From an uncultured candidate division Zixibacteria bacterium (GTDB lineage: Bacteria > Zixibacteria > MSB-5A5 > GN15 > PGXB01), in assembly GCA_963702205.1 (NCBI GenBank), contig OY969724.1, positions 3,328,001 through 3,392,000 on the forward strand: 64,000 nucleotides of DNA, in the 5' to 3' direction. The translations under genes were made by a program, and so were the position numbers. This document shows positions 55,003 to 62,969 of the stretch, one piece after another. The number at the start of each line of letters is the position of its first letter. Position 1 is the stretch's first letter. A model generated the notes under the pieces. The model did not search any database and was not told the DNA's origin. It worked only from the letters and a program-made list of their open reading frames with translations.

Positions 55003-56238
55003 TTACCTGACTGAAAACCAGGTTGAAATCTGGAAAATACTGAACGATTCCAGAATCAAGCCCAGAATTATAAAAACCAAAATGGCCGCTTTACCCATAT
55101 CCTGCCCTTTGAGGGAACCGAGCAATTTCGGCTCTTTCGACAGGTAGGCCGAAGCGGCGAACAATTCTTCACCGATTAACGTATAGTCACAGGCTGCGAC
55201 AAAAAACGGCAGCTGTGACGGCTGGGCCGTGCCGGCGATCTGAATGGCCCCGGCGGCGTTACCGGTTTCGGCCATAATCAACGACTCGGCGAAAAAGGCA
55301 CCCATATAAAATATCGTGGCCGGTTTTTCGCGCACGATCATGCCATCAATGGCGGCGGCATACCCGAACTGATCGTCGGTGAGATAATGCACCTGATTGT
55401 CGTTAAAAGCATCGGGCCTTCCGGCTTTGACATAAGCCTCTTTCACGATTTCCCTGGCCGTAATCAATACCAGCGATTTGCACACCGGCACTTCTATCCA
55501 GGTCTCGTACTCGGCGGCCAACTGGGCGACCCGGCCGAGGATTGTCACGCCGGCAATGGTCTGGACATTATCCATGTCATTGATTCCGGGCACATAAAAT
55601 ATCTTGCGACCCATCTCCGTCGCACGACCGACGGCTTCATCGACCGAATCGAGCCCGGCGATCTTGCGGATGAAAAGCTCTTTGCCGCCTTTGGCTTTGG
55701 TAATAAAATAAAGTATGGCGCCGCAGATGAAAATGACGCCGATAAATACATTTAATCTTCTGAGATCAAACCACTGTGCCGATGATTTGACGGGGCCAAC
55801 CGGTTCCGAATCGGCCTGCACCTGCCATATCAGTTTGCCGTTGTCCTGCAGGGCATTGACGGCCGCGACTTTGTAAAAATACGGGGTTCCGTCGACGGTG
55901 CCGTTATCAAAAAATTCATGATTACCTGAGGTTACATCGCCGACGATTTCATACTCGCCGTCGCGCGAACCCGATCGCAATATGACATAAGAAGTGACTT
56001 TACCGAGATCATCGTCCGGCGACTTATTCCAGGTCAACATGACCGAGCCGCCGTCGTCGTTGGGATTATCCTTTACGACCAGATTGCTGACCGCCCGGGG
56101 CGTCGAGCCTTCCGGGGCCGTCATGGTGGAATCGACAAAAACCGTGTCGGTCGGTTGAGGGGTATCCTGGGCAATGGCAAAATTGCAGAAGATTAAAAGT
56201 AGTGCGACAAGGGCGGTAAAGTTAAGCAATTTTGACAT
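55003..56238 (-). CDS. Module 1, subunit A: signal peptide + FN3 + TM + DUF6754-like domain + TM
   Basis: FN3 (DNPNDDGG..LTWNKSPDD...YVILRS...YFYKVAA); IRKIAGLDSVDEAVGRATEMG, TDDQFGY, AFFAESLIMAETG, PFFVAACDYTLIGEELFAASAYL, GSLKGQD. Confidence 0.85.
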   Translation of the reverse strand: MSKLLNFTALVALLLIFCNFAIAQDTPQPTDTVFVDSTMTAPEGSTPRAVSNLVVKDNPNDDGGSVMLTWNKSPDDDLGKVTSYVILRSGSRDGEYEIVGDVTSGNHEFFDNGTVDGTPYFYKVAAVNALQDNGKLIWQVQADSEPVGPVKSSAQWFDLRRLNVFIGVIFICGAILYFITKAKGGKELFIRKIAGLDSVDEAVGRATEMGRKIFYVPGINDMDNVQTIAGVTILGRVAQLAAEYETWIEVPVCKSLVLITAREIVKEAYVKAGRPDAFNDNQVHYLTDDQFGYAAAIDGMIVREKPATIFYMGAFFAESLIMAETGNAAGAIQIAGTAQPSQLPFFVAACDYTLIGEELFAASAYLSKEPKLLGSLKGQDMGKAAILVFIILGLILESFSIFQISTWFSVR

Positions 56239-56394
56239 ACCTCAGGTTCCAATAATAAAAAGCTCACTACCCGGATGGCTAATACCCGATTGTGAGACGA
56301 ATCATCTTAGTCCTTTATCCAAAACCCAATTAAAAAATTCGTACACTATTTACTGCTTAGTTAAAATCGTTGCCGGTTCCAACCGGAAGGTCTT

Positions 56395-56423
56395 AATCTA
56401 AAATTAACATTGGGTTGTGTCAA
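56395..56423 (-). promoter_or_regulatory. Sigma70-type promoter of the 12-gene operon
   Basis: Minus strand TTGACA-17nt-TAGATT, about 155 nt upstream of the first ATG. Confidence 0.65.
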
Positions 56424-56468
56424 GTGTAAAAAGTGATATTGAAGCGATAAGAATAATGATGTCAGGGC

Positions 56469-56496
56469 TTGACAAAATCGGATCTTCTATTAAATT
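56469..56496 (+). promoter_or_regulatory. Divergent sigma70-type promoter upstream of the candidate sRNA
   Basis: TTGACA-16nt-TAAATT with no downstream plus-strand gene. Confidence 0.5.
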
Positions 56497-56502
56497 ATTG
56501 TT

Positions 56503-56578
56503 GGAAGTTTACCGGAAGCAACTGACGGAGATCTCCCCCTCTGTCCCCGTCACTCCTACTCGGTAGGCTTCCTTTTTT
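56503..56578 (+). ncRNA. Candidate ~75-nt small RNA (unrecognised family)
   Basis: 12-bp closing stem GGAAGUUUACCG/CGGUAGGCUUCC with two G-U pairs, inner UGACGG/CCGUCA stem, C-rich loop and U6 tail, starting 7 nt after a -10-like box. Confidence 0.45.
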
Positions 56579-56596
56579 ATTGGAATCGAAAGGGAT

Positions 56597-56848
56597 TTAT
56601 TTGAAGAGAGCCTCGATCGGACGGGCCCGAACAAACAACTCTTTATCTTCGGCTTTCATAAGATTGTGGGCCCGCGGCCCTCGCGGACCATCACTGATGT
56701 CGAAAATAACTTCCAGGCCGACTCTAAGTTCACTGAATTTAAGACGCTTCATCCAACGCTGATGAAAGAAGATTTTTCGTCCGTCTTCGGCCTCAATGAA
56801 ACCATAGCCGTTTTCTTTGACGATTTCGACGATTGTTCCCTGAATCAT
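56597..56848 (-). CDS. Cold-shock domain protein
   Basis: GTIV...NGYGFIE, IFFH, GPRGPRAHNL. Confidence 0.88.
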   Translation of the reverse strand: MIQGTIVEIVKENGYGFIEAEDGRKIFFHQRWMKRLKFSELRVGLEVIFDISDGPRGPRAHNLMKAEDKELFVRARPIEALFK

Positions 56849-56909
56849 AAGATCGCGATTTTTAAATTTTCGAAATTACCGGGACCGTCCCGAGTTTCAG
56901 TTCAGCCGA

Positions 56910-57347
56910 TTACATGGTCCTGAAACTATAAATTTTCCAGCGACCGTTTATCTTGTGCAATCCGAATTTGTTAAAATACTGAATGCCTTTGGCCTTATCC
57001 ACGAATGAGATTTCAACAAAAGCGGTGTCACCTTTTATATCGGCCGAACCGACCACTCTCTGAAGTGCGAACCACCGTTGCCGCGTCACACCGTCGCCGG
57101 TCAAATCGTCCAGGACTTCGTCCGGGCTGTGAAACACCCTCGGCGAATCGGCCGCGAGGGCGTAATCCTCCGGGCTCTCCTGCATCAGCGATGGCAGATC
57201 AAGAATATCATTGACGGCGGCGCGGTCGTTGCGTTCCATGGCGCCGAATAAATGGATGACGGTATTGCGCGGTGAATCCTGAGGTTCCCCGCACGAAACG
57301 GTCACCATAAAAAGCAAAAACAATATTAATGTAATTCTTACGGTCAT
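56910..57347 (-). CDS. Lipoprotein of unknown function (NTF2-like C-terminus)
   Basis: Lipobox TVSC, GDTAFVEI, C-terminal L.KINGRWKI; TGATG overlap with the upstream gene. Confidence 0.72.
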   Translation of the reverse strand: MTVRITLILFLLFMVTVSCGEPQDSPRNTVIHLFGAMERNDRAAVNDILDLPSLMQESPEDYALAADSPRVFHSPDEVLDDLTGDGVTRQRWFALQRVVGSADIKGDTAFVEISFVDKAKGIQYFNKFGLHKINGRWKIYSFRTM

Positions 57348-58321
57348 CAGAATGTATCAAAGCCTCCCGATATTGTCAGCCTGTGGCTGGTACCCAGCTC
57401 CGCCTGCGGTGACAAGGCATAAGAAAAATTGATTTTTTTGTAATCGACTCCGAACCCGACCGAAAACCCGGCCAGATCGTCCTTGCTTGAATCGGTTTTA
57501 AAATTATTACCGAAACTCGACCACCCGACTCTCAAAAACAACGGCTTGATTTCCAGATACTCGATTCCGATGGCGCCGTAGGCGTCGTTGTCGCGAGGCA
57601 GAACACCATCGACGGCAATCATAATGGGCAGACCCTTGGGACGGTGCGCGGCGCCGACGCGGAACCGCAGAGGAAGCGGGTCTTTCACGCCGCCGTCGAC
57701 AAACGACTGCAATTGAAAGCCGAGATTTTGTATGGCGGCCCCGAATATCGTGCGACCGCGAGTCGTTTCATAACGGACACCCAGATCGAATGCAACCGCC
57801 GATGCCGAAAAAGCGTCGATCTTTTCGTAAATAAGCTTCCCCGCGATACCGGCGGAAATGTTTTCATTCATCGGACGTGAGTACCCCACCGCTAAAAGCA
57901 TGTCTCCGCCGGAGAAAGTGCCGTCGGAAACTCCGGCATCGTCGGCCCGAACAAACTCTCCGTAATTCAGATAATTTATGTATGAAAATAAGTATTGCCC
58001 GTTCTTGATCGGGTGCATGTATCCCAAAAATCCGGATTGCATGTCAAAGACGTAATTGTGATAACCGGCGATAAAATGCCGCCCCTCCAGTTTGACGACA
58101 CCGGCCGGATTGTAGTACATCGCCGATTCATCGTCGGCCGCCGCGGTATAGGCCCCTGCCAGGGCCTGCGGTCGGGCACCCATATCGATCTTGAGAAAAT
58201 CGAAAACGCTGGTACCGACGTTGGAATTGTTTTGGTCGGCTCTGACGTCTTGTATTCCGATACCCAGCCCGAGAACTGCCAGCCACAACAGGATATTCCG
58301 GTATTTCATGGTACTTCGCAT
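57347..58321 (-). CDS. PorV/PorQ-family outer-membrane beta-barrel protein
   Basis: Signal peptide, FLKIDMGARPQALAGAYTA..DD..A.YYNPAG, AFDLG, GAAIQNLG, LPLRFRVG, LGTSHRLTI. Confidence 0.85.
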   Translation of the reverse strand: MRSTMKYRNILLWLAVLGLGIGIQDVRADQNNSNVGTSVFDFLKIDMGARPQALAGAYTAAADDESAMYYNPAGVVKLEGRHFIAGYHNYVFDMQSGFLGYMHPIKNGQYLFSYINYLNYGEFVRADDAGVSDGTFSGGDMLLAVGYSRPMNENISAGIAGKLIYEKIDAFSASAVAFDLGVRYETTRGRTIFGAAIQNLGFQLQSFVDGGVKDPLPLRFRVGAAHRPKGLPIMIAVDGVLPRDNDAYGAIGIEYLEIKPLFLRVGWSSFGNNFKTDSSKDDLAGFSVGFGVDYKKINFSYALSPQAELGTSHRLTISGGFDTF

Positions 58322-58366
58322 GGTTTGTCCATTATTGTTTGTTATACGGTTTAAATCAATATAAAA

Positions 58367-58861
58367 TTACCAGTTCTTGGTGGTTCTATTTATAATATCG
58401 ATAACCAGCTTCTGGGCCGCCCGGCTTTGACCGTCTTCTTCGGTTTCGCTGTCGGCCAGATAGATGCCTTCGCTCGTGAAAGACTGCTTCCATAATTCTT
58501 CGTCGGAGCCGCCGCCCTTCTTTAAAATCAAATCGAACACGATATGCACCGCGTAGCGTGAAACGACATCGTTGGCATCGAACGTCTGAGGATCGCGGGA
58601 ATAACTGGCCAGCGTACCCTCCAGCACGGCGTCGGCGTCTTTTTCCGAAACCACTTTTAAATTCCCGTCGGCGATAAAGGCCTTGACCACAAGGTCAGTC
58701 ATGGTACTGGACAGCCCCGCCTCGATCGTTTTGTTTTCGAATTGCATGACGGCGATCGATTTAATCGAGGATTTTCCCCCCGGAGAAAAACTGTACACAC
58801 CACAACCCGTCAGGGCAGCCAGAACCAGGGCTATGACGATTACTTGCTGTAATTTGTGCAT
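58367..58861 (-). CDS. lptE: LptE-family (LPS assembly) lipoprotein
   Basis: Lipobox LTGC-GVYSF, IKSIAV..FENKT, ADAVLEG, C-terminal W. Start placed at ATG 58861. Confidence 0.75.
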   Translation of the reverse strand: MHKLQQVIVIALVLAALTGCGVYSFSPGGKSSIKSIAVMQFENKTIEAGLSSTMTDLVVKAFIADGNLKVVSEKDADAVLEGTLASYSRDPQTFDANDVVSRYAVHIVFDLILKKGGGSDEELWKQSFTSEGIYLADSETEEDGQSRAAQKLVIDIINRTTKNW

Positions 58862-58901
58862 ACGATTCTTAAACGCCCGCAATGCAAGCTGGGTTTCCCG
58901 A

Positions 58902-60170
58902 TTAATCGGCGTTAACGACGATTTTTCCATTTTTAATCACGGTTTTGGCCAGGTTGACTCCATAATGATACGGCAATTCACGATAGTCGGCCATATCCCA
59001 GAGGACGATATCGGCGGGAAGGCCCTCATTGAGTTGCCCGATTTTCCCGGCCCGGTCGACGGCACACGCCGCATTAACGGTAACCGCCGAAATAGACTCG
59101 GCCGCCGTCATGCGATAGTTCAAAGCCGCCAGCGTGATAATCAGCGGCAGCGACTCGGTATAGCTCGATCCCGGATTACAGTCGGTAGACAGGGAGACCG
59201 TCACGCCTTTTTCGATCATTTTGCGGGCCGGGGCATAATTGCCGCGAAGAGAAAAACTGGTTCCCGGCAACAGCACCGCCACCGTCCCCGATTTGGCCAT
59301 AGCCTTTATACCATCGTCTGATATATAAATCAGATGATCGGCGGAAACGGCCTTCATTTCGGCGGCCAGTTCGGCACCGCCGGTCGACGCCAGTTCGTCG
59401 GCATGAAATTTAAGTTTCAATCCGGCCCTTTTGGCGGCCGACATAATCTTGCGCGATTCCACGACGCTGAAGACATCTTCCTCGCAAAAAATATCGCAAA
59501 ATTCGGCCAGTCTCTTATCCATCACGGCCGGGATCATCTCTTCTATTATAATCCTGACATATTCCTCACGGTTCTCACGGTATTCATCGGGAATTTCGTG
59601 CGCCCCCATGAAAGTCGAAATCAAGTCAATCGGACGGGTTTCATTCAGGTTCTGGATTATTTCCAGAGATTTGATTTCCGCTTCAGTCGAAAGCCCATAA
59701 CCCGATTTGGCCTCAATTGTCGTAATGCCGAACGCCAGCATGGTTTCGAGACGTTTGGCGGTCTGCTCGACCAGTTTGGCGGTCCTGGTTTCACGCAGGT
59801 CACGCACCGAAGCCCGGATACCGCCTCCCTCACGCGCGATTTCGGCATAGGTTCGGCCTTCTATGCGCATTTCGTACTCGGCCTCGCGCGTTCTGGAAAA
59901 CACCGGGTGCGTGTGCGGGTCGATCAGCCCGGGAGTTACCACGGCCTTCCTGGCGTCGATCACATGACAGCCCTCGGCCAGGTCAACCTTGCCTTCGACG
60001 TCCGCTGACTTCCCGACCGCGAGGATTTCCTCACCGGCCACGGCTACCCCGCCGTTTTCGATCAGGCCGAGATTTTTCATCTGGTCGCCGACACGCGGAA
60101 CCGGCCCCTGCATGGTTATCAACTGGCCGATATTTTTAATTAGTAATGTCGCTTTTTTCTTTAAACCCAT
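58902..60170 (-). CDS. hutI: Imidazolonepropionase
   Basis: PGLIDPHTH, GGGIRASV, TTIEAKSGYGL, FMGAH, DIFCE, FHADEL, SADHL, TDCNPGSS. Confidence 0.96.
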   Translation of the reverse strand: MGLKKKATLLIKNIGQLITMQGPVPRVGDQMKNLGLIENGGVAVAGEEILAVGKSADVEGKVDLAEGCHVIDARKAVVTPGLIDPHTHPVFSRTREAEYEMRIEGRTYAEIAREGGGIRASVRDLRETRTAKLVEQTAKRLETMLAFGITTIEAKSGYGLSTEAEIKSLEIIQNLNETRPIDLISTFMGAHEIPDEYRENREEYVRIIIEEMIPAVMDKRLAEFCDIFCEEDVFSVVESRKIMSAAKRAGLKLKFHADELASTGGAELAAEMKAVSADHLIYISDDGIKAMAKSGTVAVLLPGTSFSLRGNYAPARKMIEKGVTVSLSTDCNPGSSYTESLPLIITLAALNYRMTAAESISAVTVNAACAVDRAGKIGQLNEGLPADIVLWDMADYRELPYHYGVNLAKTVIKNGKIVVNAD

Positions 60171-60262
60171 GATGAGAAATATATGAGCTTTACCTTATAC
60201 GTCAATCCCAAACGGACAACGTCCGTTTTCCACAAAGAGACATGAAAAAATGCGGCCAAAGG

Positions 60263-61918
60263 CTATTTCTTCAGCATCGGGATTTTGATTTTATGGCTTT
60301 TCGCGAATTTTATCGCTTCTTTATATCCGGCATCGGCATGGCGAGCCACCCCGATTCCCGGATCGTTGGTCAGGACCCGCTCCAGCCGGACTTTCATTCT
60401 TTGTGACCCATCGGCACAGATGACCATACCGGCGTGGATGGCATTGCCCATACCGACCCCGCCGCCATGATGAATCGAAACCCAGGACGCGCCGGAGACG
60501 GCATTCAAGAGCCCGTTCAACAGCGGCCAGTCGGCGATAGCATCGGAGCCGTCTTTCATGCCTTCGGATTCACGGTACGGCGACGCCACCGAACCGCAGT
60601 CGAGGTGATCACGGCCGATTACAATCGGGGCCGAGATTTTGCCCTTGGCCACCATCGTATTAATGATATCTCCGAATTTGGCCCGCTCGCCGTAACCCAG
60701 CCAGCAAATTCGGGCCGGGAGCCCCTGAAACGGCACTTTCTCCTGAGCCAGTTTGATCCAGTTGCAAAGCGGCTTGTTGTATTTAAACTCTTTCAATATG
60801 ACTTCGTCGGTGGCGTGGATGTCGGCCGGGTCGCCGGACAGGGCCACCCAGCGGAACGGACCTTTGCCCTCGCAAAACAGCGGGCGAATGTATTCCGGCA
60901 CGAATCCGGGAAAGGTGAAGGCTTCTTTAAGCCCGCCCTTTTCGGCCTGACCACGAAGATTGTTCCCGTAATCGAATACGACCGATCCGGCCCGCATGAA
61001 TTTAATCATGGCCGAGCAGTGCTTGACCATCGATTCATAAGCCCGGTCCATGTATTCGCGCGGATTTTTCTTGCGAAGACGCACCGCCTCGGTGACCGTC
61101 AAACCCTCGGGGATATACCCGTTAAGCTCATCGTGGGCTGAGGTTTGGTCGGTGACGATATCGGGGATAATACCACGGCGGAAAATTTCCGGGAATATTT
61201 CGGCACAATTGCCGACCAGCCCAATCGAAATTGGTTTGCCTTCTTTGGTATTGTCTTTGATCATCTTGAGGGCTTTGTCGAGCGTTTTGACTTTGACGTC
61301 GCAATACCCGATTTTCACCCGCCGGTTGATTCGCTCCTCATCGGCCTCGACCACCAGAATCGATGCCCCGGCCATGGTCCCGGCCAGAGGCTGGGCTCCA
61401 CCCATACCGCCCATGCCGCCGGTCAAAATCCATTTGCCGGTCATATCACCGTTGAAATGATGTTGAGCAACCGAGACGAAGGTTTCGTACGTCCCCTGCA
61501 CGATTCCCTGGGTGCCGATATAAATCCAGCTTCCGGCGGTCATCTGACCGAACATGATCAGGCCGAGTTTGTCGAGCTGGCGGAATTTTTCCCACGTCGC
61601 CCATTTGGGCACCAGGTTGCTGTTGGCGATCAATACACGGGGAGCATAATCGTGAGTTTGAAATACACCGACCGGTTTGCCCGACTGAACCAGCAGGGTT
61701 TCGTCGTCGCCGAGAGTTTTGAGCGATTTGATAATGGCGTGATAGCAGTCCCAGTTGCGAGCGGCTTTGCCGATGCCGCCGTAAATAATCAGTTCTTTCG
61801 GTTTTTCGGCGACTTCCTCATCAAGGTTGTTATTGATCATCCTGAAGGCGGCTTCCTGCGGCCAGCCTTTGCAGGTGAGTTTGTTTCCACGAGCGGCCTT
61901 GACCGGCTTATATTTCAT
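60263..61918 (-). CDS. hutU: Urocanate hydratase
   Basis: [72 protein letters not shown]. Confidence 0.98.
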   Translation of the reverse strand: MKYKPVKAARGNKLTCKGWPQEAAFRMINNNLDEEVAEKPKELIIYGGIGKAARNWDCYHAIIKSLKTLGDDETLLVQSGKPVGVFQTHDYAPRVLIANSNLVPKWATWEKFRQLDKLGLIMFGQMTAGSWIYIGTQGIVQGTYETFVSVAQHHFNGDMTGKWILTGGMGGMGGAQPLAGTMAGASILVVEADEERINRRVKIGYCDVKVKTLDKALKMIKDNTKEGKPISIGLVGNCAEIFPEIFRRGIIPDIVTDQTSAHDELNGYIPEGLTVTEAVRLRKKNPREYMDRAYESMVKHCSAMIKFMRAGSVVFDYGNNLRGQAEKGGLKEAFTFPGFVPEYIRPLFCEGKGPFRWVALSGDPADIHATDEVILKEFKYNKPLCNWIKLAQEKVPFQGLPARICWLGYGERAKFGDIINTMVAKGKISAPIVIGRDHLDCGSVASPYRESEGMKDGSDAIADWPLLNGLLNAVSGASWVSIHHGGGVGMGNAIHAGMVICADGSQRMKVRLERVLTNDPGIGVARHADAGYKEAIKFAKSHKIKIPMLKK

Positions 61919-62099
61919 GATTATTGTCCTCCATTAAAGACGCAAATATACCGACATCTCCACATTTTGGCAAATGGAATCTGAAGCAGGACTTATCATT
62001 ATAATTTTGAAGGAAATCAACGTGGGATATTGACGATTGCCGCCAATTAGTTATTTTGCAGAATCAAACAAAATATCGAAATATGAAAAGGGGTTATAT

Positions 62100-62969
62100 T
62101 TGAAATTAATTAAGCCCGAAAAAATCAGTATAAGAAATCACCCTGAATTAAATGAAAAATGGGTTCAGGAGATTATTGCCGATGACCCTGCCATACTTGG
62201 TTTGGGTGATTTGATTCTTATGGAAAAGGAGAGGATACAACCTAAAGCTGGAAGACTTGACTTGCTTCTTCAACATGCTGATACGGATCGACGGTTTGAA
62301 GTGGAGATACAGCTTGGCAAGGTTGATGAAAGTCATATCATCAGGACAATTGAATATTGGGACATTGAAAGAAAACGATATCCCGGATATGATCATTGTG
62401 CCGTAATTATCGCGGAAGATATTACGAGCCGGTTTCTTAATGTTGTGAATCTATTTAACGGTTTTATCCCGCTTATAGCCTTACAAATGAGTGCCATGAA
62501 ATTCGGGGACAATATTGCCCTTATATTCACGAGAGTTCTGGATGAAGTCGTTTTGGGATTGGAAGAGTACGATTACGAGTCGAACGTCACCGACAGAAAA
62601 TATTGGGCCACGAAGGTAAGCAATAAAGCGACAGTTGCTCTGGCTGATCAGATATTGGAAATCATCCATGAATTTGCGCCTGACCTGGAATTGAAATATA
62701 ACAAGTATTACATAGGCTTTGCAGAAAACAGCAAGGCCAACAGATTTGTCACTTTCAAACCAAATAAGAAGTCATTTATTTTAAATTTGAAGTCGGCACA
62801 ATCTGACAAGTTGTATGAATACTTAACACAACTGAATTTAGAAGTAATCGATTATCGGGCGAGGATAGGCAGCTATAGGATAAGACTGACCAGGACGGAT
62901 ATAGACAAAAATCGTAAGTCGTTAGCAAAAATTTTGAAAGCAGCCTATACTCATAAGCTGCCGGAATGA
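62100..62969 (+). CDS. Hypothetical protein with NucS/DUF91-like PD-(D/E)xK-type N-terminal domain
   Basis: NEKWVQE.I..DP.ILGLG, GRLDLL, FEVEIQLG..DESHIIRTIEYW, AVIIAEDITSRF; visibly more AT-rich than flanks. TTG 62100 preferred as start. Confidence 0.7.
   Translation: MKLIKPEKISIRNHPELNEKWVQEIIADDPAILGLGDLILMEKERIQPKAGRLDLLLQHADTDRRFEVEIQLGKVDESHIIRTIEYWDIERKRYPGYDHCAVIIAEDITSRFLNVVNLFNGFIPLIALQMSAMKFGDNIALIFTRVLDEVVLGLEEYDYESNVTDRKYWATKVSNKATVALADQILEIIHEFAPDLELKYNKYYIGFAENSKANRFVTFKPNKKSFILNLKSAQSDKLYEYLTQLNLEVIDYRARIGSYRIRLTRTDIDKNRKSLAKILKAAYTHKLPE

Noticed and set aside
45379..56238. Assembly artefact or recent tandem duplication; alternatively Rnf/Nqr/Mrp, ABC, TRAP or ECF transporter
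   Set aside because: The copies differ extensively in sequence and length, and none of the hallmark motifs of those systems (Walker boxes, FMN-Thr sites, Fe-S Cys clusters, EAA loop, solute-binding proteins) is visible.
56503..56578. SRP RNA or tRNA interpretation of the hairpin
   Set aside because: GGAAGCA is present, but the CAGG partner strand and GNRA-capped helix of SRP domain IV are missing; no cloverleaf or T-loop.
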